Below are positions 1 through 10,662 of a stretch of 64,000 bases of DNA, in pieces. The stretch is taken from positions 4,086-68,085 of the forward strand of contig CANFOZ010000004.1 in NCBI GenBank assembly GCA_947448795.1, written 5' to 3'. The notes under the pieces were generated by a model, which was not told where the DNA came from, searched no databases, and saw only the letters and a program-made list of their open reading frames with translations. Position 1 is the stretch's first letter. Each line of letters opens with the position of its first letter. The position numbers and the translations under genes were made by a program. Source of the stretch: Bacteroidota bacterium (GTDB lineage: Bacteria; Bacteroidota; Bacteroidia; AKYH767-A; JAHEYN01).

Positions 1-1703
1 ACAACAGACTAAATAAACGACAAGATCTGATCCGCTTCTCAGCGCTGATTGCGATTTTGTTATTGACCAATATAATAGCATCCTTCCTTTTCACACGCTT
101 TGACCTAACGGCGGAGAAGCGGTATTCACTTTCCCCAACCACTAAAGACCTTCTGTCGAATCTGCATGATGTGGTGTATGTAAAGGTTTATCTGGAAGGT
201 GAATTTCCGGCTGGTTTTAAGAAATTACGCAACTCAACGCGCGAGATGCTTGATGAGTTTCGCGTATATGCCAATGGTAACATTGAATATGAATTTATTA
301 ACCCTTCGGTAGGAGCCAACGAAAAAGAACGGAACCAGATTTACAATCAGCTGGCTGACAAAGGCTTGCAGCCAACCAATTTAGAAACGAAAGAGGGCGA
401 TGCGGTTTCCTCAAAAATAATTTTCCCTGGTGCAATCATGACCTACATCAACCGGGATTATCCGATTCAGTTGTTAAAAAACCGACTCGGAGCAGGTCCC
501 GATGAGATGCTTAATAATTCCATCGAGTCTTTAGAGTACGAATTGGCGAATGGAATTAGACAGTTGACGCGTCAAAAAAAGCCACGAATCGCTTTCGATA
601 TCGGACACGGCGAGCCAGACTCGATCCTATTTTACGATTTAACCACAACTTTAAAAGCCAACTATGACCTGGATCGAATGACGATAAGCGGAAAGCTAGA
701 AAAGGATTCGTTGGTAAGCTCCTTGTCATCATACGATGTGCTGATCGTTGCTAAACCCACATTGCCTTTTCAAGAGCAGGAGAAGTTTTTGGTTGACCAA
801 TTCGTGATGCGTGGCGGTCGCGTGTTATGGATGATCGACGGAATGGCTGCTTCCATGGATAGTTTGAAAGATGCTCCAACAACCATTGCAATTGAACAGC
901 CACTTAACCTCGAAGATCAGTTGTTTAATTATGGGGTACGCATCAACCCGAATATGGTTTTGGATCTCAAATGCAGTCCTATTCCGATGGTCACCGGAGT
1001 GACAGGCAACCAACCACATACGGAACTGCGACCATGGGTTTACTTCCCTGTATCCTTCCCTGAAAACACGCACCCTATTGTTCGCAGCTTGAATGCTATT
1101 TTGTTAAAATTTGCAAGCAGTATTGACACCGTTGGTGCAAAAAGCATTAAAAAAACCATTCTGCTAAGTAGCTCTCAATACACCAAAACCGTTTTTACAC
1201 CAGCACGAATAAGCCTTTCTGTAGCTCAAGAGCGGCCCGTGATAGAGCAGTATAATAAGCATGGGCAAATCGTATCGGTATTGCTTGAAGGGGAGTTTCG
1301 ATCGGTGTTTACTAACCGCGTACCGCTTGAATTGCAAAATTACCGCATTGGTTTTAAGAACAAAAGTATCTCTAATAAGATGATTGTTGTTTCTGATGGA
1401 GATGTAGCAATGAATGATGTGAAGCGATCAGCTGGGCGGATCTTTCCTTTGGGTTACGATTCATACACCAAGCAGCAGTTTGGCAACAAGAATTTCATGC
1501 TCAACTGTATCGATTACCTTTGCGACGACTCTAACCTCATTGAGCTAAGAGCCAAGGAACTCAAGCTGCGCCTGCTTGACAAGACAAAAATGGAGAACGA
1601 GAAATTATATTGGCAGATTACCAATACAGCTGGCCCAGTGCTGCTACTCATCCTACTAGGACTAGTTCAGTTCTTCCTTAGAAAGAAAAAATACGGAGTA
1701 TAA
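1..1703 (+). CDS. gldG: Gliding-motility ABC transporter auxiliary protein GldG (5' end outside window)
   Basis: The listed start at 57 is a TTG, and the frame stays open back to position 3, so the gene begins left of the window. FDLTAEKRYSLS...VYVKVYLEGEFPAGFKKLRNSTREMLDEF and the C-terminal TM anchor (PVLLLILLGLVQFF) fit GldG. Confidence 0.85.
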   Translation, partial: NRLNKRQDLIRFSALIAILLLTNIIASFLFTRFDLTAEKRYSLSPTTKDLLSNLHDVVYVKVYLEGEFPAGFKKLRNSTREMLDEFRVYANGNIEYEFINPSVGANEKERNQIYNQLADKGLQPTNLETKEGDAVSSKIIFPGAIMTYINRDYPIQLLKNRLGAGPDEMLNNSIESLEYELANGIRQLTRQKKPRIAFDIGHGEPDSILFYDLTTTLKANYDLDRMTISGKLEKDSLVSSLSSYDVLIVAKPTLPFQEQEKFLVDQFVMRGGRVLWMIDGMAASMDSLKDAPTTIAIEQPLNLEDQLFNYGVRINPNMVLDLKCSPIPMVTGVTGNQPHTELRPWVYFPVSFPENTHPIVRSLNAILLKFASSIDTVGAKSIKKTILLSSSQYTKTVFTPARISLSVAQERPVIEQYNKHGQIVSVLLEGEFRSVFTNRVPLELQNYRIGFKNKSISNKMIVVSDGDVAMNDVKRSAGRIFPLGYDSYTKQQFGNKNFMLNCIDYLCDDSNLIELRAKELKLRLLDKTKMENEKLYWQITNTAGPVLLLILLGLVQFFLRKKKYGV

Positions 1704-1714
1704 CATAGCGTTAA

Positions 1715-2749
1715 ATGAAAAACAAGAATCGAATTCTATTTTTAGTAGTGCTGCTTTTTGTAGTTATTGCAGCTGTTCTAATATATACTAAACGCTATGG
1801 CACGATACGCGAAGAATTAAAAGATTTTGCAATCCAAGATTCAGCTGCCGTTGATAAAATTTTCCTAGCCGATAAAACAGGCAAAAGCGTTACTATCACA
1901 AGAAGCGCACAAGGCTGGCTTGTTAATGACTCTTTTCCAGCACGCCAAGAAGCGGTAAACACGATACTTTACACCATGCTTCGTTTGCAGGTTAAGAATC
2001 CTGTAGCAAAGGCAGCATGTGCCAACGTTATAAAAAACATGGCTGCACAAGGAACCAAAGTAGAGATCTATGTGAAAGGTGAGCTCAACAAAACCTACTA
2101 TGTGGGAGGCGCCACGCAAGATCAACTGGGCACCTTCATGCTTATAGAGAACTCCTCTACTCCTTTTGTCATGTTTCTTCCAGGACTCAATGGCTATCTC
2201 ACAACACGCTACTTCACCGATATACGCCAATGGAAAACGAGGAGCATTTTTAAATACACACCCGACGAAATCGCCTCTGTTCAAGTCGTTTATGTAGATT
2301 CAGCCGAGCAATCCTTCCATTTAAATTGCACGACGCATGAGCTCAGTCAAGCCGGACCGATTAAACACATAACCCCTACTTTACACGTTGATTCATTAGC
2401 TTTAAGAGCATATCTTACAGGATTCACCAACATCCAATATGAACTGGTTGTAAATGGCATGAAGCCTGAAAAAAGAGACAGTATTTTACATAGCCAACCG
2501 CTCTGCTTTATGCAAGTGATTGATAAAAAAGGAACTAAAACCGACCTTGTTTTCTATGGGATGGCAATCAATGAGCGCTCCCTCTCTTTTGCTGATGACA
2601 AAGGCAATTTCAAGTATGACCCCGATCGTATGTTCGGGTATTTAAACAATCAAGATTTCTTGGTTGTTCAGCATTTTGTTTTCGACAAATTGCTTCGGAG
2701 GTTCTCCGATTTCGCAAGTGTATCGGCATCCGATAAAAAAGCAAGTTAA
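1715..2749 (+). CDS. DUF4340-like protein (usual gldG neighbour)
   Basis: It starts 11 nt after gldG and has an N-terminal TM helix (ILFLVVLLFVVIAAVLIY). Size and position fit the DUF4340 family that commonly follows gldG. Recognition is by overall resemblance only. Confidence 0.65.
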   Translation: MKNKNRILFLVVLLFVVIAAVLIYTKRYGTIREELKDFAIQDSAAVDKIFLADKTGKSVTITRSAQGWLVNDSFPARQEAVNTILYTMLRLQVKNPVAKAACANVIKNMAAQGTKVEIYVKGELNKTYYVGGATQDQLGTFMLIENSSTPFVMFLPGLNGYLTTRYFTDIRQWKTRSIFKYTPDEIASVQVVYVDSAEQSFHLNCTTHELSQAGPIKHITPTLHVDSLALRAYLTGFTNIQYELVVNGMKPEKRDSILHSQPLCFMQVIDKKGTKTDLVFYGMAINERSLSFADDKGNFKYDPDRMFGYLNNQDFLVVQHFVFDKLLRRFSDFASVSASDKKAS

Positions 2750-2753
2750 AGCA

Positions 2754-3548
2754 TTATCTGCTTTTATAGTACTTCTTGGCCTCTGGCAAAAATGCCTCTA
2801 TTGCTTTAATGCGGGTTTCATCGCTTGGATGCGTACTTAGCCACTCTGGTGGTTTTGGGCCACCTTGCTTAGCCATGCGTCGCCAAAAAGCGATAGCTTC
2901 CTCTGGATTATAACCAGCCATTGCCATAAATACGAGTCCAAGCTTGTCGGCCTCCGACTCATGCAGTCGTGAAAAAGCCAAAAGGCCTAAATTTGAACCA
3001 ATACCATACGCCGCATTATAAATATCGTTGGTTTGCTGCGGCTTTTCAGCCATCGCAACAGCAAGTCCAATAGCGCCCATATTAACCAGCAGTATTTGAC
3101 TCATGCGTTCGTTACCGTGGCGTGCAATGGCGTGCGCTATCTCGTGTCCCATCACGACCGCTAAACCAGCTTCACCTTGAGTAAGCGGCATTATACCTGA
3201 ATAAACAACCACCTTGCCGCCAGGCATACACCACGCATTCACGGTTGGGTCATTAACCAAGTTATATTCCCATTTATAATCTTTGATCCGTTTGTATTTT
3301 TTCTGTTGGCGCATGTAAATGGACACCGCTGTTGCCATTCGCTGACCAACAGTTTTAACGAGTTGAGCATCTGTAGCTGTTGCAGGAGCAGCTGGGTGTT
3401 GGGTTAAAAAAGTATGGTAGTTGGTAATGCTCATACCCACCAGCAGATTCTCAGGCAACATATTCACTTGGTGTCGTCCTGTTATAGGCACCCGAGAACA
3501 AGAAACCAAGCTCAATAATACAGCGGAAATAAGGAATAGTTTCTTCAT
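2754..3548 (-). CDS. M48 family zinc metallopeptidase, lipoprotein
   Basis: HEIAH zinc motif (MGHEIAHAIARH), a downstream ESEAD, and a lipoprotein signal (LLSLVSC). Confidence 0.85.
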   Translation of the reverse strand: MKKLFLISAVLLSLVSCSRVPITGRHQVNMLPENLLVGMSITNYHTFLTQHPAAPATATDAQLVKTVGQRMATAVSIYMRQQKKYKRIKDYKWEYNLVNDPTVNAWCMPGGKVVVYSGIMPLTQGEAGLAVVMGHEIAHAIARHGNERMSQILLVNMGAIGLAVAMAEKPQQTNDIYNAAYGIGSNLGLLAFSRLHESEADKLGLVFMAMAGYNPEEAIAFWRRMAKQGGPKPPEWLSTHPSDETRIKAIEAFLPEAKKYYKSR

Positions 3549-3584
3549 GATTTGTATTAAAAAAAAGAAGGATTTCGATTTTGT

Positions 3585-6080
3585 TTATAAAGGATCAACA
3601 TCAATTTGAATAAGCAAGGCTCGATTTGCCTCAAGGCCTTTAAATCGAAGGATCGTTTGCTCCAATACAGATTTGTAGGTCTGAAGATGATTATCGCGTT
3701 TAAACTTGATTAATATATTTTGGATAAATAGATTCCGAACACGACTAATGACCGGTGCTTGAGGCCCAAGGATATCTTGTCCAACCAAATTCAAACGAAG
3801 CTCTTCGACAAGCTCGTTTGCCGCATGCTCTAAAAATCGCGCATCCGCATGCCGCAGCGACAATTCAGCCAAGCGAACAAAAGGCGGAAATGCAAAACGA
3901 TCACGCTCACTAATTTCCTGCGTGTAAAAAGCATGATAATCGTTGGCCATGACTTGATTGATCACCGGATGATACGCCTGAAAAGCTTGGATAATAACCT
4001 TACCCCTTCGATTGCGCCTTCCGCTTCGGCCGCTTACTTGAGCCATCAGTTGGAAACTACGCTCACAAGCCCTAAAATCAGGATGCTTGAGCATGCTGTC
4101 GGCATTCATAATGCCGACTGTACTAACATGATCAAAGTCCAAGCCTTTAGTAACCATTTGAGTTCCTACCAGTATATCGGTCTTGCGTTTTTCGAAATCG
4201 TAAATTATGTTGTGAAAGGACTCGCGAGAACGAGCGGTATCAATATCCAATCGGCCTATTTTCGCTTTCGGAAAAAACAAAGCTAAATCCTCTTCTATTT
4301 TTTCGGTACCAAAGCCCATCATCTTTATTGCTGGGTCGCTGCAAGCAGGACATGATGATGGCAGTTCCTGTTGAAATCCGCAATAGTGACAACGCAATCG
4401 ATTTGACTGTTTGTGGTAAACCAAGGTTACATCGCAGTTGATGCAGCTTGGACTCCAATCGCAGCTAGGACATTCAAGGTAAGGTGCAAATCCTCTGCGA
4501 TTCTGAAACAAGATCACTTGTTCTTTTGCATCCAAAGCAGCTTGTATCGCATCTAATAAATATTGCGAAAAATGAGTATGCATGAGCTTCTTACGGCTGG
4601 CCTCTTTTAAGTCAACTACGCAAATTTCAGGCATTTCCATACCCCCATAGCGCAAAGGCATCGAGACTAAACCAAACTTACCTGCCACCGCATTGAAATA
4701 GCTCTCGACAGAAGGTGTGGCCGATCCTAAGAGTGTTTTTGCTCCATGTTGTTTAGCTAATACAATGGATGCATCCCTTGCCTGATAACGCGGACTTGGT
4801 GTTTGTTGCTTGAAGGACTGCTCGTGTTCTTCATCAACGATAATCAGTCCTAGATTGTTGTAGGGTAAAAAAAGCGCTGACCGGGCCCCAAGAATAACTT
4901 GGTAATGATTCGGATCAGCATGGCCACGCAACACATTATTCCAAAGCTCTACACGTTCATTACTGCTAAAACGAGAATGATAAACCCCAACTTTGTTGCC
5001 AAAATGCTTCTGCAACCGCCGAATGAGTTGAGATGTAAGAGCAATCTCAGGCAATAGATACAGGACTTGTTTTCCTGCTTGCAAAGCCTTTTCAATGAAA
5101 TGAATATAGACTTCCGTTTTACCACTCGACGTGACACCATGCAATAGCGTAACATCGTGTTTCTCAAAAGCCGATTCAATTTCACCAATTGCACGCTTTT
5201 GCTCTTCTGAATACACAATGCCATCAGAAACAGGAAGCGCTTCAAAGTTACCAAGCCGCCCTACGACACGTTCTTGTTGGCTTAAAATAGCTTTCTTAAT
5301 CAAAGAAGCCAAAGCAGGCGCAGCACCTTTGTCGATTGCAAGCAATCGGGAACGCTGAATCTCGGATTCCTTCTCATCCATGCTTATTTTTAAAAACTGC
5401 ATGAGCAGGTTAAGCTGTTTGGGCGAACGCTTCTCGAGCTTATCGAATTGACTCCGCAACCAAATCTCGTCTTTGGACTGATCAGAGAGGGATATGTAAA
5501 TCTCTTTTTTATCGCGGAACTTCTCAATAAGTGTTTCATCGATGCTGACAAGTCCTTTATCCATCAATATCCGCACGGTTGGGAATATGTTGCTACGTTT
5601 GAGCAAATCCCCAAGCTCCACTAGTGAAATTCTGTTTTTAATTATTAATTGTTCAACAATCTCTTGCTCCCGATTAGGCAAGGCGAGCGGCACTGAAGTA
5701 TCTTTATCTTTTAGCTCCGGATGATTCGCGTTTAGCCGGATCATTGTCTCACTCGCTAATTTTAATCCCGATGGCAAGGCTGATGACATCACCTCGCCCA
5801 TGCTGCAGAGGTAATAACCCGACATCCAGCTCCAAAAATCGAATTGCTTCCCGTGTACTATCGGAGCTTCATCCAAAAAGGACAGTATATCCTTTACATC
5901 ATAAGCAGGCTTGTTTTGATGTACTTTAAAAACGATTCCCGAATACAGCTTCTTCTTTCCAAACTGAACCACTGCTCGCTTTCCTACTTCTGCTTCTGCA
6001 ATCAATGCCGCTGGCAAGGCATATGTGAATATACGCGGCAGTGCGATTGGGAGAATTATATCTAGATAATAACCAGACAT
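3585..6080 (-). CDS. priA: Primosomal protein N' (replication restart helicase PriA)
   Basis: Walker A GVTSSGKTEVY, a VDEEHE box, and a Cys-rich zinc insert (CPSCDWSPSCINCD...CHYCG...CPAC). 831 aa. Confidence 0.95.
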   Translation of the reverse strand: MSGYYLDIILPIALPRIFTYALPAALIAEAEVGKRAVVQFGKKKLYSGIVFKVHQNKPAYDVKDILSFLDEAPIVHGKQFDFWSWMSGYYLCSMGEVMSSALPSGLKLASETMIRLNANHPELKDKDTSVPLALPNREQEIVEQLIIKNRISLVELGDLLKRSNIFPTVRILMDKGLVSIDETLIEKFRDKKEIYISLSDQSKDEIWLRSQFDKLEKRSPKQLNLLMQFLKISMDEKESEIQRSRLLAIDKGAAPALASLIKKAILSQQERVVGRLGNFEALPVSDGIVYSEEQKRAIGEIESAFEKHDVTLLHGVTSSGKTEVYIHFIEKALQAGKQVLYLLPEIALTSQLIRRLQKHFGNKVGVYHSRFSSNERVELWNNVLRGHADPNHYQVILGARSALFLPYNNLGLIIVDEEHEQSFKQQTPSPRYQARDASIVLAKQHGAKTLLGSATPSVESYFNAVAGKFGLVSMPLRYGGMEMPEICVVDLKEASRKKLMHTHFSQYLLDAIQAALDAKEQVILFQNRRGFAPYLECPSCDWSPSCINCDVTLVYHKQSNRLRCHYCGFQQELPSSCPACSDPAIKMMGFGTEKIEEDLALFFPKAKIGRLDIDTARSRESFHNIIYDFEKRKTDILVGTQMVTKGLDFDHVSTVGIMNADSMLKHPDFRACERSFQLMAQVSGRSGRRNRRGKVIIQAFQAYHPVINQVMANDYHAFYTQEISERDRFAFPPFVRLAELSLRHADARFLEHAANELVEELRLNLVGQDILGPQAPVISRVRNLFIQNILIKFKRDNHLQTYKSVLEQTILRFKGLEANRALLIQIDVDPL

Positions 6081-6129
6081 GGTCGCTGAAAAGGATAAAT
6101 AAATTTAGAAAAAGACGTTTTAATAAAGC

Positions 6130-6711
6130 TTAGCCATGTATGGTTTCCTTTTTACCATATTGGCTAATCAGATCTGCTTCATACGATAAGAACTCCTTCC
6201 AGCGTTGATCAACATCAACACCATTGGCATATTTACGAGCAAATCCAATAAAAAGGGTATAGTGTCCAGCTTCTGAAATCATTAATTCTTTATAAAAGGC
6301 GGCTAGCTCTTGATCTTTAATATTTTCAGAAAGTATCCTAAAACGCTCGCAGCTTCTCGCTTCTACCATCGCAGAAAACAACAGGCGATCAACAAGCACA
6401 ATGTGATGCTGAAACCCAGACCTAACAAATTTGTAGAGCTCGTTTACATAATCATCCTTTCGCTCCCGCCCAAGAATCCATCCGCGTTGAAGAATCAAGT
6501 TATGAACGCGTTGAAAGTGCTCCATTTCTTCCCGAGCCAAGTCTATCATGGCAGAAACAAGATCGGAGCACTCAGGGTATTTAATTAGTAAGGAAATAGC
6601 TGTAGAGGCGGCTTTCTGCTCACAGTAGGCATGATCGGTGAGAATCTCTGGGAGATTCGACTCAGCAATATCCACCCAGCGCGGATCAGTTGGTAATTTA
6701 AGTCCTAACAT
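6130..6711 (-). CDS. miaE: tRNA-(ms2io6A37)-hydroxylase MiaE-like di-iron protein
   Basis: DHAYCEQKAA, EEMEHF, ARSCERF and SEAGHY motifs in the order typical of MiaE. About 190 aa. Confidence 0.8.
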   Translation of the reverse strand: MLGLKLPTDPRWVDIAESNLPEILTDHAYCEQKAASTAISLLIKYPECSDLVSAMIDLAREEMEHFQRVHNLILQRGWILGRERKDDYVNELYKFVRSGFQHHIVLVDRLLFSAMVEARSCERFRILSENIKDQELAAFYKELMISEAGHYTLFIGFARKYANGVDVDQRWKEFLSYEADLISQYGKKETIHG

Positions 6712-6728
6712 TCGTTCTTGCTAATAAA

Positions 6729-7958
6729 TTAATCAATAAAACGCTTCATCAAAGGTCCGCTCGTTAGACTCGTAACTAAAGCCATTACAACCAAGGCTAC
6801 AAACATTTTTTCACCTATAAGACCTGCATTTAATGCGAGGGTTGCGAGAATAATTTCCATCACCCCGCGCGCATTCATTCCAAATCCTACCGCCAAAGAG
6901 TTTCTTCGCGATAAGCCACCCCAATATGCACCGATACTTGCTCCAGCTACCTTGCCAACAAAGGCGAGCACTAAAACAACAAGCACCATCCAGATGTCGA
7001 AGTAGGCAAGGAAGTTTAACTTCAAGCCAATAGAGACAAAAAATAAAGGAGCGAAAATATTTGTTACAAATTGGTGAATGATCTCGCGGGCTCTTTCATG
7101 TAAGTTAACAGAATCACCAAAGGCAATACCCGCAATGAAAGCACCCAGTATAGCATGAATATGCATCGACTCGGTGATGGCAGCGAAGAGGAAGCATACG
7201 CCCAAACAAATTGAAAGAACACCTCCAGGCCAACTCAGTTTTGTTTGAATCCAAGGCAATGCGCGATCAATAATTCGTTTACCAATAATCAGCATAAATA
7301 AACCGAAACCAAGAATTAGGAGAATGCTATACCCCACATTCATTCGACTAGGATCCTTGCCCATCATGCTGAGAATAAAGGAAAAGATGAGCCATCCAAC
7401 AAGATCGTTGAACATCGCTGAAGCCATAATGAGCATGCCAACTTGCGTGCGCATAATTTTTAAATCCATCAAAATTCGAGCAATTACAGGAAGGGCCGAA
7501 ATAGCTAAGGCAGTGCCTAAAAACAAGGCGAATAGCAATTTGCTTTCGCCATCACTCACCAAAAAAAACTCAGGAAAAAACCAAGCCACCGCAAAACCAG
7601 TAACAAATGGAAATAACATGCTTGTGAGACTTGTGTAAACAGCCAATCGACCTTGCTTCAGAACCAATGGAATTTGCACTTCGAGGCCGGCAACAAAGAG
7701 AAGCATAACCACGGAAATCTTGACAATACCATCTAAAGCGATTGCGGATTGTCCTTCTTGAGGGAAGATTGCTTTTGATAAATCCGGAAAGAAGGATCCC
7801 AAAATAGTTGGGCCAAGAACAATACCCACCAGGATTTCCCCGATAACACCAGGCATTTTAAACCGCATGGCTATCTCTGCAGCTGCTCTCGATAAAAGAA
7901 GCATTGCGCTGATAGCCAAAAGCAGCATCATTAAATCGGTATGATTTAAACTGGACAT
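6729..7958 (-). CDS. Cation:proton antiporter (CPA2/Kef-type)
   Basis: A polytopic membrane protein of about 11-12 hydrophobic segments with a Na+/H+ exchanger-like N-terminus (GVIGEILVGIVLGP). Confidence 0.85.
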   Translation of the reverse strand: MSSLNHTDLMMLLLAISAMLLLSRAAAEIAMRFKMPGVIGEILVGIVLGPTILGSFFPDLSKAIFPQEGQSAIALDGIVKISVVMLLFVAGLEVQIPLVLKQGRLAVYTSLTSMLFPFVTGFAVAWFFPEFFLVSDGESKLLFALFLGTALAISALPVIARILMDLKIMRTQVGMLIMASAMFNDLVGWLIFSFILSMMGKDPSRMNVGYSILLILGFGLFMLIIGKRIIDRALPWIQTKLSWPGGVLSICLGVCFLFAAITESMHIHAILGAFIAGIAFGDSVNLHERAREIIHQFVTNIFAPLFFVSIGLKLNFLAYFDIWMVLVVLVLAFVGKVAGASIGAYWGGLSRRNSLAVGFGMNARGVMEIILATLALNAGLIGEKMFVALVVMALVTSLTSGPLMKRFID

Positions 7959-7963
7959 GCTTT

Positions 7964-8860
7964 TTAGTGGGATAGTTTGTTCAGTTCACCTTCAACCCTG
8001 CTGTGCACAATGAGAAGATTGCACGGCAAGTCGGCTAAAATAAATTCAATATCGTGGGTAAATAAACGATCTAAGATTGTAAGGTGGTGGTCTGTCGAGT
8101 TGATCACCAACAAATCAGCCCCCTGTTGTTTGGCATAGCTCGCAATGGCATGCCCCGTTTTTCCAAATACCGACTCCACTCCTATTTTCATGGTCCCAGA
8201 ATCAACCTGTTGTAAGAGGTCGTGAAGACCAGCTGTCTCCTCCTCTATCAGTTCTTGTTTCAATTTATCAGCTTCGGTGCCCGACTCGGCCGAACTCATA
8301 GCCATTGCAGGCATGTGGATTTCGCGAACCAAAGTCACACGATCTGCTTTCTCTTTTTGTGCAAAGTACAACACCGTACCCAGCGTGTGACGCGTTTTAG
8401 GATGCTCAACACCATTCACCACAATGTTTTTAAAGACCGTTCCGGCAATGGATGGCTCTGTTAACATAAGCACCGAACATTTTGCTTTACGGCAAATTTC
8501 GCGCGATACCGAGCCAATGTAAAAACGCAGCATGCTTTCACGCTCTACAGCACCGGCAATGAGCAGATCAACTGCATTGTCTTTGCAAACATGGAGAATA
8601 GTATCCACGGGGTGTCCCTCTTTCCAAATGGGAGTATAGGTGCCCTCAATAAAGCCAAGCTTGGTAATGATTACTTGCAAATCCGCCTCCAAGGAAGCCG
8701 ATTTCTTTCCAACATGAATCAATATTAACTTTGCTGAAAAGAGTTCTGACAAACGCTTTGCCTCCGCTAAAAGCATCTCTAGTCGCGGCGAAAATGCAAT
8801 GGCCACACCAATTGTTTCAAAAGGCCAGGATGGCTTGTTCTTTAAAACTTTCAAATCCAT
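7964..8860 (-). CDS. Universal stress protein (tandem USP domains)
   Basis: Two USP-like halves, each ending in a hydrophobic strand plus a polar tail (CSVLML..., CNLLIVH). It lies 5 nt upstream of the antiporter, a common pairing. Confidence 0.75.
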   Translation of the reverse strand: MDLKVLKNKPSWPFETIGVAIAFSPRLEMLLAEAKRLSELFSAKLILIHVGKKSASLEADLQVIITKLGFIEGTYTPIWKEGHPVDTILHVCKDNAVDLLIAGAVERESMLRFYIGSVSREICRKAKCSVLMLTEPSIAGTVFKNIVVNGVEHPKTRHTLGTVLYFAQKEKADRVTLVREIHMPAMAMSSAESGTEADKLKQELIEEETAGLHDLLQQVDSGTMKIGVESVFGKTGHAIASYAKQQGADLLVINSTDHHLTILDRLFTHDIEFILADLPCNLLIVHSRVEGELNKLSH

Positions 8861-8874
8861 AAAAAGAGTTTTAG

Positions 8875-8882
8875 CAAAGATA
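8875..8882 (-). promoter_or_regulatory. Candidate Bacteroidota -7 promoter box (TATCTTTG) for the usp/antiporter genes
   Basis: The minus strand reads TATCTTTG (TAnnTTTG consensus), 14 nt upstream of the ATG at 8860. Confidence 0.45.
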
Positions 8883-8993
8883 ACAATTTGACCTTCGCTG
8901 TTCGTGCAATCGTCTTCAAATTTACTAACAAAAACAAGGATTAAAACGGCACGCGCTATTTCATTTAAACCCTACCCTTTTCCATAATAAATG

Positions 8994-9001
8994 TACTTTT
9001 G
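8994..9001 (+). promoter_or_regulatory. Candidate -7 promoter box (TACTTTTG) for the sugar dehydrogenase gene
   Basis: TACTTTTG lies 21 nt upstream of the ATG at 9023. This argues against the TTG at 8999 as the start. Confidence 0.45.
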
Positions 9002-9022
9002 TATATCAAATTCAACAAGGCC

Positions 9023-10243
9023 ATGGAGCGATTTAAGTCAAGAATAAAGGATATCGTGCGGCTTCTTGCATTATCCTCTGTGATTTTGTCTTTTTCATTT
9101 GAATGTACAAGCGCTCAACCCGTTTCTGTTCATTTAAAAAAGGTGGCAGACAAGCTGCGGGGGCCGATTGGTATGGCTGTGCCAAACGATGGTAAAGGCC
9201 GTTTATATGTTATAGAGCAAGGCGGAAAAATCCGGATTCTTGCAGGAGATAGTGTTTGGAAGACTAGTTTTTTAGATCTTACAAAGAAGATTGATGCAGG
9301 CAATGCCGCGTATTCTGAGAAAGGCCTTTTAGGACTTGTGTTTCATCCTGATTATAAGTCAAACGGCCGTTTCTTTGTTTACTACAGCGCCCCCTTCAAA
9401 GCCCCTGGTTTTGATCACAAAGGTGTATTGTCCGAGTTTCGATGCAAAGCGGGAAGCAGCTTCGCTGACCCCTTGTCAGAGCGTGTTATTCTTGAGGTTC
9501 CAGAACCTGAATCGAACCACAATGGCGGGCAACTCGCCTTTGGTTTGGATGGCTATTTATACCTCGGTCTCGGCGACGGCGGTGGAGCTGGCGATCAACA
9601 TGGCATCGGAGGCAATGCTCAAAACCTGGCTACATGGCTTGGAAAAATTTTACGTATCGATATCGATGGCCAAGCGCCGTATCAAGTGCCTGCCGATAAT
9701 CCTTTCGTGAAGGACAAAAATGCAAAGCCTGAGATTTGGGCTTATGGCTTGCGAAATCCCTGGAAGTTCTCCTTTGATGAAAGCACCGGTGACTTGTGGT
9801 GTGGTGATGTAGGGCAGAATACCTATGAAGAAATTGACAAAATTGAAAAGGGTAAAAATTACGGTTGGCGCATTCAAGAGGCGATGCATTGTTTCAATCC
9901 CGCTTCCGATTGTAAAACGGCAGGATTAACGCCGCCTTTAGCCGAATACAACCGAACTATTGGTTATTGTGTGATTGGGGGTTATTTGTATCGAGGAAAG
10001 GCCATCCCAACATTGAAAGGAAAATACATTTTTGGAGACTGGAAAGGCGCTTTGTTTTATTTAGATGAGGAGCATGCGAATTACAGCATGCAATATGTAC
10101 TTTGCAGTGAAAAGGGCACAAACGAAACGGGCTTTCATATCAATGCCATGGGCCGCGACTCACAAGGCGAGATTTATGTTATTGGTCAAAAAATCATAGG
10201 CACCGTGTTCGCCACGGGTGTCGTTTACAAAGTTATTCCTTAA
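9023..10243 (+). CDS. PQQ-dependent sugar dehydrogenase (glucose/sorbosone dehydrogenase family)
   Basis: ESNHNGGQLAFGLDGYLYLGLGDGG and GLRNPWKFSFD motifs, with an N-terminal signal-like segment. The start was moved to the first ATG downstream of the promoter box. Confidence 0.8.
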   Translation: MERFKSRIKDIVRLLALSSVILSFSFECTSAQPVSVHLKKVADKLRGPIGMAVPNDGKGRLYVIEQGGKIRILAGDSVWKTSFLDLTKKIDAGNAAYSEKGLLGLVFHPDYKSNGRFFVYYSAPFKAPGFDHKGVLSEFRCKAGSSFADPLSERVILEVPEPESNHNGGQLAFGLDGYLYLGLGDGGGAGDQHGIGGNAQNLATWLGKILRIDIDGQAPYQVPADNPFVKDKNAKPEIWAYGLRNPWKFSFDESTGDLWCGDVGQNTYEEIDKIEKGKNYGWRIQEAMHCFNPASDCKTAGLTPPLAEYNRTIGYCVIGGYLYRGKAIPTLKGKYIFGDWKGALFYLDEEHANYSMQYVLCSEKGTNETGFHINAMGRDSQGEIYVIGQKIIGTVFATGVVYKVIP

Positions 10244-10262
10244 ATCTAGCAACAAAAAAAAC

Positions 10263-10658
10263 ATGCATTTACTCAAAGACAAAATCGCCATGGTGGAAAC
10301 CTTTCATACCACCTTCGGCATTCCTACAAACACGGCTCCAACACATGAAGTACCCGCTAGCATGTACGAATTAAGACATCGTCTGATGCAAGAGGAAAAT
10401 GAAGAATATCTTGAAGCTTGTAAGAACGGTGATTTGACCGAAATCGCGGATGCGCTTGGTGATAAACTATATATCCTCTTTGGAACCATTGTCACCCATG
10501 GCTTACAACATAAAATAGCAGAGATATTCGATGAAATACAACGCAGCAATATGAGCAAGCTTGACGAAGACGGGAAGCCGATTTATCGTGCAGATGGTAA
10601 AATCATGAAAAGCACGTTGTACTTTAAACCTAATATCAAAGCAATTCTTGAAAAATAA
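10263..10658 (+). CDS. MazG-like nucleoside triphosphate pyrophosphohydrolase family protein
   Basis: A small all-helical protein with an EENEEYLEA...EIADALGD acidic metal-binding pattern. The first ATG after the upstream stop was taken as the start. Confidence 0.6.
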   Translation: MHLLKDKIAMVETFHTTFGIPTNTAPTHEVPASMYELRHRLMQEENEEYLEACKNGDLTEIADALGDKLYILFGTIVTHGLQHKIAEIFDEIQRSNMSKLDEDGKPIYRADGKIMKSTLYFKPNIKAILEK

Positions 10659-10662
10659 AGAC

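Noticed and set aside
57-59. The TTG at 57 as the gldG start codon.
   Set aside because: The frame has no stop between position 3 and 57, and the upstream codons read like the usual GldG N-terminal membrane anchor (..SALIAILLLTNIIAS). The gene is therefore truncated by the window edge.
3585-6080. PriA (helicase with zinc fingers) and RecF (44120-45235, ABC-type ATPase), considered as possible defence-system components.
   Set aside because: Both have the full canonical housekeeping motif sets and the usual neighbours (recF with DUF721). Nothing suggests a defence island.
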